Shown here: piece after piece, positions 1 to 9,219 of the stretch
How the letters are laid out: each line of letters starts with the position of its first letter
Numbering within the stretch: position 1 is the first letter of the stretch
Source of the DNA: Dehalococcoidia bacterium
GTDB lineage: Bacteria > Chloroflexota > Dehalococcoidia > Tepidiformales > Tepidiformaceae
Direction of reading: 5' to 3'
Assembly (NCBI GenBank): GCA_020853755.1
Contig: JADYYG010000038.1
Location: forward strand, 4,649-68,648
Length of the DNA: 64,000 bases
Notes under the pieces: generated by a model
The model's input: only the letters and a program-made list of their open reading frames with translations
The model's database searches: none
What the model was told of the DNA's origin: nothing
Translations under genes and position numbers: made by a program

Positions 1-890
1 GGCGGCTGCCGGGCAGCGGCGCAGGCCCGAGCCCGGACCGCATGATCCTCGGCAGCGAAGGGACGCTCGGGATCATCACAGAGGCGTGGATGCGTATCCA
101 GGGGCGCCCGGTCTTCCGGGCCAGCGCGGGCCTCACGTTCGATAGCTGGCAGGCAGGCTATGAAGCCGCCCGCCACGTCGTCCAGGCCAAGCTCTGGCCC
201 GCCAACTGCCGCCTGCTCGACCCGGTGGAAGCGGGCTCGGCGGCGGGCCTCAAGGGCGACGAAGCGCTTCTCATCATCGCCTTCGAATCAGCCGACGTAC
301 CCCAGGACGCCTTCATCCGCGAGGCGGTGAACATCGCCCGCGCGGCCGGCGGCCGCATCGACGACAGCGCCATCAAGATCTCGGACGGGCGCAACGAAGA
401 AGTCGGCCGCGAAGGCGCGGTCGGCGCATGGCGCAACTCGTTCATCACCGCGCCCTATTCGCGCAACATGACGGCTGGCACGGGCCTCGTGAGCGACACG
501 TTCGAGACATCGATCACGTGGGATCGCTGGCCCGAGTTCGACCGCAACATCCGCGAAGCGATGAATGGCGCGCTCCAGCGCGTCTGCGGCGGCGGCTCGC
601 TCAGTTGCCGCTTCACGCACGTCTATACCGACGGTCCTGCGCCGTACTACTCGTTCAGCGGCATGGGCCGCCCCGGCGCCGAACTCGAAATGTGGGCCGA
701 ACTGAAGCACGCCGCGAGTGACGCCGTCATCGCCAACGGCGGGACGATCACGCACCACCACGCGGTCGGCCGGGACCACATGCCGTGGTACCGCGAGCAG
801 CGTCCGCCGCTGTTCGAAGCCGCCCTCCGCGCCGCGAAGGAGGCAGTCGACCCGCAGGGCCTGCTGAACCCGGGGATCCTCATCGGCTGA
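1..890 (+). CDS. FAD-linked oxidase, C-terminal portion (alkyl-DHAP-synthase / glycolate-oxidase-like); 5' end outside window
   Basis: ORF 42..890 stays open in the same frame back to base 3 (..RLPGSGAGPSPDR-MILGSEGTLGIITEAW..). It has a GSEGTLG motif and a C-terminal HHHAVGRDH ... DPQGLLNPG signature typical of FAD-oxidase_C proteins. Confidence 0.8.
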   Translation, partial: RLPGSGAGPSPDRMILGSEGTLGIITEAWMRIQGRPVFRASAGLTFDSWQAGYEAARHVVQAKLWPANCRLLDPVEAGSAAGLKGDEALLIIAFESADVPQDAFIREAVNIARAAGGRIDDSAIKISDGRNEEVGREGAVGAWRNSFITAPYSRNMTAGTGLVSDTFETSITWDRWPEFDRNIREAMNGALQRVCGGGSLSCRFTHVYTDGPAPYYSFSGMGRPGAELEMWAELKHAASDAVIANGGTITHHHAVGRDHMPWYREQRPPLFEAALRAAKEAVDPQGLLNPGILIG

Positions 891-902
891 GGCTGGCGGC
901 GG

Positions 903-1262
903 TCAGTAGAGGGCGGCCGGCCCCAGCTTTTCGCGCCAGAGCGCTTCGAGCATGCCGAGGTCGTCGTTGACCTGGTGCGCAGTGGCCGCAGGGTCCGGCG
1001 CCAGCACTTCGAGGACCTCGAATTCGAGGGCGGCGACGTCGGCTACGGTGATGGCCTGCTTTAGACGCATATCGAGGGCGCCGGTTGAGCCGGTCGAGCG
1101 GGCGAAATCCAGGCGGTTGCGGGCGCTCTTCAGGTTCGACGTCGAACCCAGCAGGCCGCGGCCGGTGCGCGGGTTCAGGATGCGGTAAACCCCGGCCTCG
1201 GGGCGCTGCTCTTTGTACTCCGCCTTCAGTTCGCGGCGGCTGTGCTCGTGCTGCTCAGTCAT
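903..1262 (-). CDS. small GIY-YIG nuclease family protein
   Basis: 119-aa ORF. Its N-terminal GVYRILNPRTGRGLLGSTSNLKSARNRL layout resembles the GIY-YIG catalytic core. Confidence 0.7.
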   Translation of the reverse strand: MTEQHEHSRRELKAEYKEQRPEAGVYRILNPRTGRGLLGSTSNLKSARNRLDFARSTGSTGALDMRLKQAITVADVAALEFEVLEVLAPDPAATAHQVNDDLGMLEALWREKLGPAALY

Positions 1263-1300
1263 CGAAACAGTGTGTCAGCCGCGGCAGATGCCTCGCAAGG

Positions 1301-1870
1301 TCAGTTGCCGGAGAGCGCCGCGTCCGTGTCGGTCATCTTCGCCAGTTCTTCTCGGAACTGCGCTTCGTTGGCGACCGCGCCGAAGCTGCCCATCGCGTTC
1401 CCTTCGGCGTCGAGCCAGACGAAGGTGGGAACCTGCTTTACACCGAGCCGCTCCGCCGAGGTGTCGCGGTCGATGGCTTTCTCCACGAACACCACGCTCT
1501 TGCGGTAGTCCGCCATCGCTTTGTGGACGAAGAGTTCCTTCTCGCACTCGCCGCAGGTGGCGTTGGTGAACCAGACGAGCGTGATCATGCCGTCGGCCTG
1601 GGGCGCTTTCGCGTCGGGCAGGGGCCGTGTGGAGTGATAGACGGTGTGGCCGGTGCCGGTAATCGCGGTGACGTCGCCCTTCCCGTTGGCCTGGGCGAGC
1701 GCGTAGATGGCCGGGTCGATTTTCGTTTGTTCGCTGGCCTGGGCGAACACCCAGAGCGTGAACCCGATGGTGGGGACAAGCAGTGCGGCAACCACCGCCC
1801 AGACCTTCCAGCTCCAGCGAGGGTTGAGCCACGAGACGGCCGGCGCGACCGAAGTTGCTTTCATGCTCAT
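1301..1870 (-). CDS. membrane-anchored thioredoxin-like protein
   Basis: 189 aa. N-terminal hydrophobic helix (WKVWAVVAALLVPTIGFTLWVF) followed by a thioredoxin-like region with a CGEC (CxxC) motif. Confidence 0.75.
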   Translation of the reverse strand: MSMKATSVAPAVSWLNPRWSWKVWAVVAALLVPTIGFTLWVFAQASEQTKIDPAIYALAQANGKGDVTAITGTGHTVYHSTRPLPDAKAPQADGMITLVWFTNATCGECEKELFVHKAMADYRKSVVFVEKAIDRDTSAERLGVKQVPTFVWLDAEGNAMGSFGAVANEAQFREELAKMTDTDAALSGN

Positions 1871-2096
1871 GACTGTACGTTCGACAGCCCGGTACCGGAA
1901 GCAGAGGGCTCAAAGAAGGAAAGGGAAGCGAGGACAGGGAACCGCGCGCCACCGTTACGCACGCTGCCGCGGACAGGTGTGAGGCCTCGTGGCGTGCCCT
2001 CGCTTGCGCGCGGGCCTTTGCGAAAGGGGTGGTGGTTCCGGCCAACGTTCGCGCCCACAACGATCCGCAGGCTGCCGCGCGCGGTTCCCTTTTCCG

Positions 2097-3371
2097 CTAC
2101 AGCGCCTCGTCGCACTCCCGCTGGACGACTTCCTCGAACGTTTCCCGGCGGCTGATGAGCGAGGCGTGGCCATCCTCCCAGTACACCTGCGGCGCCCGGC
2201 CAAGGGAGACGTAGTTCGAGGACATGGCGGCGCCGTAGGCCCCGGCGTCGTGCAGCACCACGAGGTCGCCCGGTTCCGGCCGCGGGAGGTCGCGCGGTTC
2301 GAGCAGTTCGTGCTCGTCCCGCGTGAAGACGTCGCCGCTTTCGCAGAGCGGCCCGGCGACCACGAACGGTTCGCGGGCCCGGCCTGCGCCTTCGCCCACG
2401 ATGGAGATGTGGTGGTACGAGCCGTACATCGCCGGGCGGACGAGGTCGTTGAAACCGGCGTCGGTCATGATGAACTGGTGGCCCGGGCCCTTCTCGTTCG
2501 TGCGGGTGGCCTTCACATCCTTGACCCGGCCGACGAGCAGGGCCATGCCCGCGACGGGGTAGCGCCCCGGCTCGATTTCGACCCGGACCTGGCGGCCCGC
2601 CGCCTCGGAGAGCGCGCGCTGGGCTTCGACGAGGATGACCTGGTAATTCGGCAGGTTGTACTCGCGGGCGCCCGGCCGGTAGGCGTGGGGGATGCCGCCG
2701 CCGAGGTTCACGCTCGTCGCTTCGGGGTACGAAGAGAGCAGGCCCTCGAACACCTCGGCGAGGTGCTTCATGTTGCGGTCGAACTCCTCGATTTGCGGGC
2801 CGGTGCCGACGTGGGCGTGGAGAGCGACCACCGTCATCCCGGCGTCGCGGGCGAGGTTGCCGGCCTCGGCGTGGTCTTCGTACCAGATGCCGTGCTTCGA
2901 AGAAGGACCGCCGGTGTCGCAGGCCTGGACGTGGCCGTGCCCGAACCCGGGGTTGATGCGAAGGGCGACCGGCCCGCCGTAGCCGGCCTCGGCGAGTTCG
3001 CGGATCATCCCCGGTGAGCCGATGTTCGGCAGGACGTTGTTCTCGATGACCGCGGCGAGGGCGTTATCGCGAAAGACGTCAGCCGTGTACATGACGACCG
3101 GCGGTTCGTTGCCCATGGCAAAGCCCGCCCGCTTCGCCCGGAGGATCTCGTTGCCGGAGACGGCGTCGATCCACATGCCGTGCTCGCGGGCGGCTTCGAG
3201 GACTTTGCGGGCGGAGTTGGCCTTGACGGCGAAGCGGCACTGGAGGCCGCGCGGCTCGGTGAGCGATGCCAGTTCAGCGAACTTCTGGCGGAGGATGTTG
3301 CCGTCGTAGAAGAAGAACGGAGTGCCAACCTTCGCGGCGATCTCCATGAGCGGGTACTGGGTCAGGTCCAT
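2097..3371 (-). CDS. lysA: PLP-dependent Orn/DAP/Arg-family decarboxylase, most likely diaminopimelate decarboxylase
   Basis: The track ORF 2097..3737 has an implausible Arg/Ser-rich N-terminus. The ATG at 3371 (MDLTQYPL..) gives 424 aa with FAVKAN (PLP-Lys), HAHVGTG, GGGIP, EPGRY and CESGD motifs. Confidence 0.8.
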   Translation of the reverse strand: MDLTQYPLMEIAAKVGTPFFFYDGNILRQKFAELASLTEPRGLQCRFAVKANSARKVLEAAREHGMWIDAVSGNEILRAKRAGFAMGNEPPVVMYTADVFRDNALAAVIENNVLPNIGSPGMIRELAEAGYGGPVALRINPGFGHGHVQACDTGGPSSKHGIWYEDHAEAGNLARDAGMTVVALHAHVGTGPQIEEFDRNMKHLAEVFEGLLSSYPEATSVNLGGGIPHAYRPGAREYNLPNYQVILVEAQRALSEAAGRQVRVEIEPGRYPVAGMALLVGRVKDVKATRTNEKGPGHQFIMTDAGFNDLVRPAMYGSYHHISIVGEGAGRAREPFVVAGPLCESGDVFTRDEHELLEPRDLPRPEPGDLVVLHDAGAYGAAMSSNYVSLGRAPQVYWEDGHASLISRRETFEEVVQRECDEAL

Positions 3372-3441
3372 CCGGACAGGGTAAGACACGGGGGCATGGA
3401 GGACACCCGGCTGCGCGGCCCGGTGTCCTCCGCCCCCGCCA

Positions 3442-4296
3442 TTAGCGCACCGTGATCGCGGCGTTCGAGATGACCGGCGTCCCGCGCTCCTTCGACTTCG
3501 ATTCCACGAGGATGGTCTTCCCGTCCCGCCAGTAGGAGGTCGCCATCGTCTCGCCCGGGAAGAACACGCCGGCGAAGCGCGCCTGGTAGCGGGCCACCTG
3601 CGCCGTGTCGCCGCCGAGTGCCTTATCGACGACCGCCTTGCAGACGATGCCGAACGAGCAGAGGCCGTGAAGGATCGGGAGGTCGAAGCCGCCCATCTTC
3701 GCGAACGCCGGGTCGGCATGGAGCGGGTTCTTGTCACCGCTGAGGCGGTAGAGCAGCGCCTGCTGGGGGATGGTCGCTGATTCGACCACGTTGTCCGGGC
3801 CGCGATCGGGCGCGGCGTTGCCGGCTGCCGGGCCGCTCTCGCCGCCGAAGCCGCCTTCGCCGCGGAGGAAGAGGGAGAAGCGGTTGACGAACAGCGGGTC
3901 GCTTTCGCCCTTGATCCTGGTCTCGGTTTCGACGACGACGAGGGCGGCCTTGCCCTTGTCGTAGATGCCAGCGACCTGGCCCTCGGTCTCGACCTCCGCC
4001 TCGACCGGGATGGCCTTGCGGATTTCGAGGTCCTGCTCGCCGTGGAGCAGCATCATCGGGTTGAACGACATGCCGGGGACGGCGCCGAGGCCGCCCATGG
4101 AGGCGAAGGCCGGGATGACGCCGAAGCTCGGCAGGACCTTGAGGTCCTTCTCGTAGGTGTAGGCGAGCTCGTTCGCGTCAGTCTGGGGGACGCCGGCGCC
4201 GACGCCGAGGTGGTAGAGGATGACCTTGTCGCGGTTCCAGCTGGCTGCGCCGCCGGAGATTTTCGCGCCGAGCGCTTTTGCGGGATCGATGGGCAC
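3442..4296 (-). CDS. MaoC-like (R)-specific enoyl-CoA hydratase, double hot-dog
   Basis: 284 aa. The C-terminal half carries the hydratase-2 motif YRLSGDKNPLHADPAFA. The N-terminal half looks like a degenerate hot-dog. Confidence 0.8.
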   Translation of the reverse strand: MPIDPAKALGAKISGGAASWNRDKVILYHLGVGAGVPQTDANELAYTYEKDLKVLPSFGVIPAFASMGGLGAVPGMSFNPMMLLHGEQDLEIRKAIPVEAEVETEGQVAGIYDKGKAALVVVETETRIKGESDPLFVNRFSLFLRGEGGFGGESGPAAGNAAPDRGPDNVVESATIPQQALLYRLSGDKNPLHADPAFAKMGGFDLPILHGLCSFGIVCKAVVDKALGGDTAQVARYQARFAGVFFPGETMATSYWRDGKTILVESKSKERGTPVISNAAITVR

Positions 4297-4414
4297 GGTG
4301 AACCTTCCTGGGGTGGGTGCGTGACTCCGAACGTGGTTCGGATGTTCCGCGCGTTAGGGTAAGGGATCAGGCGTGCAGCCCCAAGGAGGCACGGCGACGG
4401 CAAACCGCGCGGCC

Positions 4415-4678
4415 TCAGCCGCCGATGCGCTGGTGCCTGTTGGTGATCTCCTGCTGCTCTTCCTGGCCGGTCTTCAGGTGCGATTCGGCGGGGCGCAGGG
4501 TGCGTTCCCGTTCGGCCTCGGCGTCCCGCTCACGCCGCCACTCATCGAGCGAATCATCGCGCCACTGGGGGGTCTCGGGCTTCTGGCTTTCCTTCTTCGA
4601 AAGCCGCCATGCGGCGACGCCGCTGACCGCCATTGCAACGGGCATTCCAAGCGCGAAGAGGATTTCGGGGCTTGCCAT
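4415..4678 (-). CDS. small membrane-anchored charged protein (hypothetical)
   Basis: An internal ATG at 4678 within track ORF 4415..5284 gives 87 aa. These comprise MASPEILFALGMPVAMAVSGVAAW (TM helix) and then a highly charged tail. No clear SD. Confidence 0.45.
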   Translation of the reverse strand: MASPEILFALGMPVAMAVSGVAAWRLSKKESQKPETPQWRDDSLDEWRRERDAEAERERTLRPAESHLKTGQEEQQEITNRHQRIGG

Positions 4679-4737
4679 CTGCCTGCAAGTGTCGGGCTTT
4701 GGGCGCTGGCGCGAAAGGTGGCCCCGAAAGCCCGGGT

Positions 4738-5979
4738 TTACGGGTGGGGCGTTCGAACACCCCGCATCGACCACCAGGTGGCGGCCGCGGCCACGATCAG
4801 GGCGACCGCGCAGAGGCGGAAGGCTGTTTCGTAGGCGGCGGCGCTGGCCCCCACGGCGCTCACGGCCACCGGACCAAGCGCGCGCGCCGCGGCGACGAAG
4901 AGCGCCTGCAGCCCGATGATCCGGCCGAAGTACGGCCCCGCGAATTGTTCGGAGGTGACGAGCGCGCGCAACGGGTAGACCGCCCCGAAGACCGCGCCAT
5001 AGACGGCGATGTAGAGCCAGACCTGCCACCAGCTGCCGGAGACGCTCGCGAGCGCGGCGGCCGTCCCGAGGAGGACCATGCAGACCGCGAGGAGGATGAC
5101 GCTCGGCACGCGCCCCGAGGCCATCGGCAGGAGCAGGCGCGCAGGCAGGCTGATGATGCCGGTGAGGGCGATGGCGTTCGCCACCGGCGCCTCGGCGAAG
5201 CCGCGCGATTCGAGCTGGGCGATCATGTGGAACGAGAATCCGCTGATCGCCACCGTGGCCACGACGAAGGCGAGCGTGAACCACCAGAACCGCCGGTCCG
5301 CGTGGTGCAGCCCGGAGCGCGCCTCGCGCAGGAACCGCGACGGCGTGAGGCGGTCTCCTTCGGCCGTGCGTTCGAACGGTTCGCGCAGGAGTGCCGTGAC
5401 CACCAGGCCAACCGCCATGAGGATGATGCCGAGCACGATCACGGCTTCGCGCCAGCCGAGCGACGAGACGAGCCAGCGGGTGAGCGGCGTGTAAATAGTG
5501 ATAGAGAAGCCGCCCAGCAGTGTGAGCACACCGTAGGCCCGCGGCCGTTCGGAGGCGGCGAACCAGCGGTTCATCAGCACATAGACCGGCTCGTAGAAGG
5601 TGGCGGCCATCGCCGGGCCACAGAGCAGGGCCATGACGAGGAAGAACTGCCAGCCGGTCTGCGTGGCTGCCAGCAGCGCGAGGCCGGCCGCGCCCACCGC
5701 CGAGCCTGCCGCCATCAGCCGCCGCGTGCCGATCAGGTCGGCGATAGCGCCGGCGAAAATGCCCATCGCGCCGGAGACGAGGAGGGCCGCGCCGAAGGCG
5801 AAGGAGACGGTCCTCGGGCCGAATGTGCCACCCGGGCCGGACTCGGTGACGAGGACAGAGAAGGCGTAGCTGAGCGTGCCGTAACTGGTGTTGATGAACA
5901 TGGCGGCGGCGAACACCTGGAGCCAGCGGCGCGAAGAAGCCACTTGCCAGCCATGCGAAAATGCGCGGGCGACGGTCAT
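4738..5979 (-). CDS. MFS transporter
   Basis: 413 aa and about 12 hydrophobic segments. Typical MFS loop motif GAIADLIGTRR after TM2. Confidence 0.85.
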   Translation of the reverse strand: MTVARAFSHGWQVASSRRWLQVFAAAMFINTSYGTLSYAFSVLVTESGPGGTFGPRTVSFAFGAALLVSGAMGIFAGAIADLIGTRRLMAAGSAVGAAGLALLAATQTGWQFFLVMALLCGPAMAATFYEPVYVLMNRWFAASERPRAYGVLTLLGGFSITIYTPLTRWLVSSLGWREAVIVLGIILMAVGLVVTALLREPFERTAEGDRLTPSRFLREARSGLHHADRRFWWFTLAFVVATVAISGFSFHMIAQLESRGFAEAPVANAIALTGIISLPARLLLPMASGRVPSVILLAVCMVLLGTAAALASVSGSWWQVWLYIAVYGAVFGAVYPLRALVTSEQFAGPYFGRIIGLQALFVAAARALGPVAVSAVGASAAAYETAFRLCAVALIVAAAATWWSMRGVRTPHP

Positions 5980-6136
5980 CGGGTGGGTGCTACCGGGGAA
6001 TTGCTGGGGATATGACCATCCGCCATTAACCTTTCTCCGGCCAGCCCGTTATCTCTAGTACACAAGGCGCAACCGTGCCTATGGTGGAAAGGAGGACCTC
6101 GGCCTCGCAGATTCCGGTACGGCCCAGGGGGCTGGT

Positions 6137-6706
6137 TTGGGCAATACTACGGTAGAAGAGCTGGCGCCGGAGTTCGACGAAAAAGCCATCGTCGATGCGG
6201 CGCAGGGAGGGGATCAAGCAGCGCTTGGCGCGCTCTACGATCACTACTTCCCACGCGTCTACCGCTACGTCTCAACCCGCCTTGCCTCAGCGGAAGACGC
6301 AGAAGATGTCACCACGGAGATCTTCCTCCGGATCATCGAAAACCTGCGCTCTTTCACCTGGCGAGGACTCCCCTTCGCAGCCTGGGTCTTTCGCATCGCA
6401 CGGAACGAGGTTGTCTCGCACGTGCGCCGCCAGAAAGTCCGTTCAGGCGCAGCCCAGCTCACGGAATCGATCCAGGACCCATCGCCCGATCACGTGGACG
6501 AAATCGTCACCGCCTTCACCATCCAGGAAGTCCGTGAAGCCACGGCCCTCCTGCCCGAAGCGCAACGCCAGGTGATCACCCTCCGCTTCAGCGCCGGCCT
6601 CTCCGTCGCCGAAACGGCCCAGGCCCTGGGCAAGACCGAGAACAACGTGAAAGTCCTCCAACACAAAGCCATCGCAAAACTCCAGGGGATGGTGCGTCCG
6701 CAGTGA
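6137..6706 (+). CDS. ECF-type RNA polymerase sigma-70 factor
   Basis: 189 aa with region 2 (YDHYFPRVYRYV, FAAWVFRIARNEV) and region 4 (LPEAQRQVITLRFSAGLSVAETAQALGKTENNVKVLQHKAI). TTG start is 6 nt after AGGGGG. Confidence 0.9.
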   Translation: MGNTTVEELAPEFDEKAIVDAAQGGDQAALGALYDHYFPRVYRYVSTRLASAEDAEDVTTEIFLRIIENLRSFTWRGLPFAAWVFRIARNEVVSHVRRQKVRSGAAQLTESIQDPSPDHVDEIVTAFTIQEVREATALLPEAQRQVITLRFSAGLSVAETAQALGKTENNVKVLQHKAIAKLQGMVRPQ

Positions 6707-7728
6707 TCCGCCATTTGTTCGAACGCAAAGCCACTCCCCAGGCTGAACTCCTCGCCGAAGCCCAGCCCCTGCTCGATGACGGGCTGGACCTCGACTTCGT
6801 CCTCGGGCTTTTCCCCGATGACACCGACTGGCTCGAACCACTCCTCGAAGTGACCACGGGGATCGCCGAGGCGGCCGCGTCCGAGCCGCCGAGCTACTAC
6901 TTCGAAGCCTCGCTCAAGTCGCAGTTCCTCAATGCTGCTCGCAACCCGAAGCCGGCGCAGCCTGTGGTCATGCCGGCGCCGGTCTATTCGCCCGCCCGCA
7001 CCGCTGTCGCCAGCCTCTCCGTAGCCGGCGTGGCAGCCGCGGTCGGTGCACTCGCGCTTGGCTTCATCACGGCCGGCAACGCCGTCCCCGGCGATTGGAA
7101 CTACACCTTCAAGCTGGCCAACGAACGCCTCGAATACACCCTCTCGCGCGGTGACGGCCGGGTCGATGTCCAGCTTCACCAGGTCGAGAACCGCGTGGTC
7201 GAACTGCAGAAGCTCAGCTCGCGCGGCGATGTCTCGCCTGAGCAGCTCGAACGCGCGCAGCGTGACCTCGCCGACCTCCAGCAGATAGCCGGACAGCGCG
7301 ACCTCGACCAGATGCAGCGCGCCCGCCTCGAAGGCATCGGCCGCCAGGGCAAGGCGGTCGTCGTCGCTATCAGCGAAAAGCAGCCCGACATCCCGCAGGA
7401 AACGGTCGACGCGACCGCCGCCGGCTTCGATGCCGTCGCCACCCTTGGCGCCAGCGGCCCGACGGAGATCCCGACCGCAACTGCGACGGCAACGGCCAGC
7501 CCCACGGCTTCGCCAACCACGCCGCCAACCGCTTCGCCGAGTGCATCGCCTTCGGCCACGGCCGAGCCAAGCGCGACCGCGAGCCCTCCGGCCACCACGA
7601 CGGCCACCCCTGAGCCGACCGCTTCGGCTTCGCCCACGGGCAGCGTCACCGCAGAGCCGACCTCGACAGGCACAGCCACCCCGGGCGAAACCGAGACCTC
7701 GACGCCCCCGGCGACGCATACGCCCTGA
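6703..7728 (+). CDS. putative anti-sigma / membrane protein with coiled-coil ectodomain and PT/SA-rich tail
   Basis: GTG start overlaps the sigma stop (GTGA). There is one TM helix (VASLSVAGVAAAVGALALGFI), a coiled-coil-like region and a C-terminal low-complexity T/P/A/S tract. Position directly after an ECF sigma gene. Confidence 0.75.
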   Translation: MIRHLFERKATPQAELLAEAQPLLDDGLDLDFVLGLFPDDTDWLEPLLEVTTGIAEAAASEPPSYYFEASLKSQFLNAARNPKPAQPVVMPAPVYSPARTAVASLSVAGVAAAVGALALGFITAGNAVPGDWNYTFKLANERLEYTLSRGDGRVDVQLHQVENRVVELQKLSSRGDVSPEQLERAQRDLADLQQIAGQRDLDQMQRARLEGIGRQGKAVVVAISEKQPDIPQETVDATAAGFDAVATLGASGPTEIPTATATATASPTASPTTPPTASPSASPSATAEPSATASPPATTTATPEPTASASPTGSVTAEPTSTGTATPGETETSTPPATHTP

Positions 7729-7814
7729 ACCCCCGGTTAACCCGTTCGTTGCCCCCAGCCGGGCCGCTGCCTACCCTCAGAGTGCGCCCCTTCTTACCTT
7801 CCCTGGAGTACTTC

Positions 7815-8342
7815 ATGCGACGATTCGTCCTTGCCGCCACGCCGCTGGCCCTGCTCGTCCTGACCTCAGCCTGTGGTGACGGCCCCGACAAGACAGACCA
7901 GCCGACCGCGACCGTGGAGGCGACCGCCACCCTCAATTCGGGTGAACAGCCGCAGGTGCCGGATAAGGAACTGCCAAGCCCGACGCCGATTCCCGACACG
8001 CTGCCCGTCATCCAGGTGGCGTTCGGCGGCAAGGTCTACGCGCCCACGCGGACCGAGTTCAGCGCCCTCGCGAAGACGAAGGTGACCGCCGGCGGCAAGG
8101 AGTACGAGGGCGTGACCCTCGCCGCTCTTGCTGATCAGGCCGGGGCGAAGACCGGCGCGGTCGCCACCATCCGGGGCACGCGCGCGGACAACCTCCGCCT
8201 CGGGGCCGTGCGCTTCCCGGTGGCCGATATCGGCGCGAGCACCGTCTTCATCGTTGATGACAGTGGCCACGTCACGCTCTTCAGTTCCAGCATCCCCCAG
8301 GAGCAGTGGCTCAAGGACGTCACGGCGATTGCCCTGAACTGA
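7815..8342 (+). CDS. lipoprotein (hypothetical)
   Basis: The ATG at 7815 gives MRRFVLAATPLALLVLTSAC-GDG, a signal peptide plus lipobox. The upstream part of track ORF 7749 is implausible. Confidence 0.75.
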   Translation: MRRFVLAATPLALLVLTSACGDGPDKTDQPTATVEATATLNSGEQPQVPDKELPSPTPIPDTLPVIQVAFGGKVYAPTRTEFSALAKTKVTAGGKEYEGVTLAALADQAGAKTGAVATIRGTRADNLRLGAVRFPVADIGASTVFIVDDSGHVTLFSSSIPQEQWLKDVTAIALN

Positions 8343-8727
8343 CGTCTTCCGCGAGGTCAGCGCCTCCCGGATCACCGGGGTCCAGCGCCGCCCACGCGCG
8401 CATCTCTTCCACGGTTTGCGGGTCCATCACGCTGGCTGCGAACTCCCACTGGGCGGGTGTCTGCGGCGGCACGCCGTGGATCGCGCCGCCATAGACTGCC
8501 AGTTGCATGAGGGCCGTCTCGTTGTCCTGCGCGCCGGCGCCGAGCCGTTCGGCGATGCGCGCCCAGGCAGCGGCCCGCGTCGAATCCTCCGTCCGCAAGT
8601 TCCGCGAAAGATGCCCAAGCCACGCCCAGGCCAGCCCGCGGAGGTCGGCGGCGTCGAGCGCCTCGGCGGCGCGGCGCAGGTCTTCCCCGTCTGGCGGCGG
8701 CGATGTGCAGTCCTCGTCGTTGGCCAT
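8320..8727 (-). CDS. hypothetical acidic Trp-rich protein
   Basis: The internal ATG at 8727 of track ORF 8320..9195 gives 135 aa (MANDEDCTSPPPDGEDLRRAAE..). It is transcribed divergently from the SOS-box promoter region. Confidence 0.5.
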   Translation of the reverse strand: MANDEDCTSPPPDGEDLRRAAEALDAADLRGLAWAWLGHLSRNLRTEDSTRAAAWARIAERLGAGAQDNETALMQLAVYGGAIHGVPPQTPAQWEFAASVMDPQTVEEMRAWAALDPGDPGGADLAEDVSSGQSP

Positions 8728-8836
8728 GCGTCCACGCTCGGGCAGGCGGGCTGCACCGCCAAGGCGGCGTTGGCCAGCCGCCCTCGGAGCGGCGCTGCCA
8801 ACCCCTGACGAGTTCGAACCTTCACCAAAAAGGGTC

Positions 8837-8865
8837 TTGAGACGTATCAGAACGTATGTTCTAAT
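8837..8865 (+). promoter_or_regulatory. sigma-70-like promoter (TTGAGA-N17-TCTAAT) overlapped by a Cheo-type LexA/SOS box GAACGTATGTTC (8850..8861)
   Basis: Read directly from the sequence. The -35 is 8837..8842 and the -10 is 8860..8865. The arms AGAAC / GTTCT form an inverted repeat with 4-nt spacing. It sits about 35 nt upstream of the GGAGGA SD and the ATG at 8902. Confidence 0.6.
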
Positions 8866-8901
8866 ACCTCCCCACACACAGTGTGATCGGAGGAAACCGC
8901 C

Positions 8902-9210
8902 ATGCACGAAGTGCTCGAACTGCCCGCCCGCGTTGATGCGCTGCCCGAGTACATCGACTACACCGATTCGGGGTGCGACCTCTACCCGTCGTGCCTGAAC
9001 TGCCCGCTGCCGCGCTGCCGCTACGAAGTAAGCGGCGGGGCAAGCGCGATGCTCCGCATGGGTCGCGATGCCAGCATCATCGCCGCATCGAAGCGGTACG
9101 GCGCGACCATCGATGACCTGGCGCGCACCTTCGGGCTCTCCCGCCGGACCATCTTCCGCGTTCTCGAAAAGGAACGGTCGCCGCGCGGCCTCCACGGCCG
9201 CGAGGGATGA
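8902..9210 (+). CDS. small Cys-rich HTH DNA-binding protein
   Basis: 102 aa with a GGAGGA SD 7 nt upstream. It has an N-terminal C-x5-C-x2-C-x4-C cluster (CDLYPSCLNCPLPRC) and a C-terminal HTH (IDDLARTFGLSRRTIFRVL). Confidence 0.75.
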   Translation: MHEVLELPARVDALPEYIDYTDSGCDLYPSCLNCPLPRCRYEVSGGASAMLRMGRDASIIAASKRYGATIDDLARTFGLSRRTIFRVLEKERSPRGLHGREG

Positions 9211-9219
9211 CCCTGGCGG

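Noticed and set aside
3398-3431. Perfect 10-bp inverted repeat GGAGGACACC...GGTGTCCTCC between the MaoC gene and the lysA-type gene
   Set aside because: It has no U-tract on the relevant strand, and it is too short for a lysine riboswitch. It is probably a simple hairpin or weak terminator and was not assigned.
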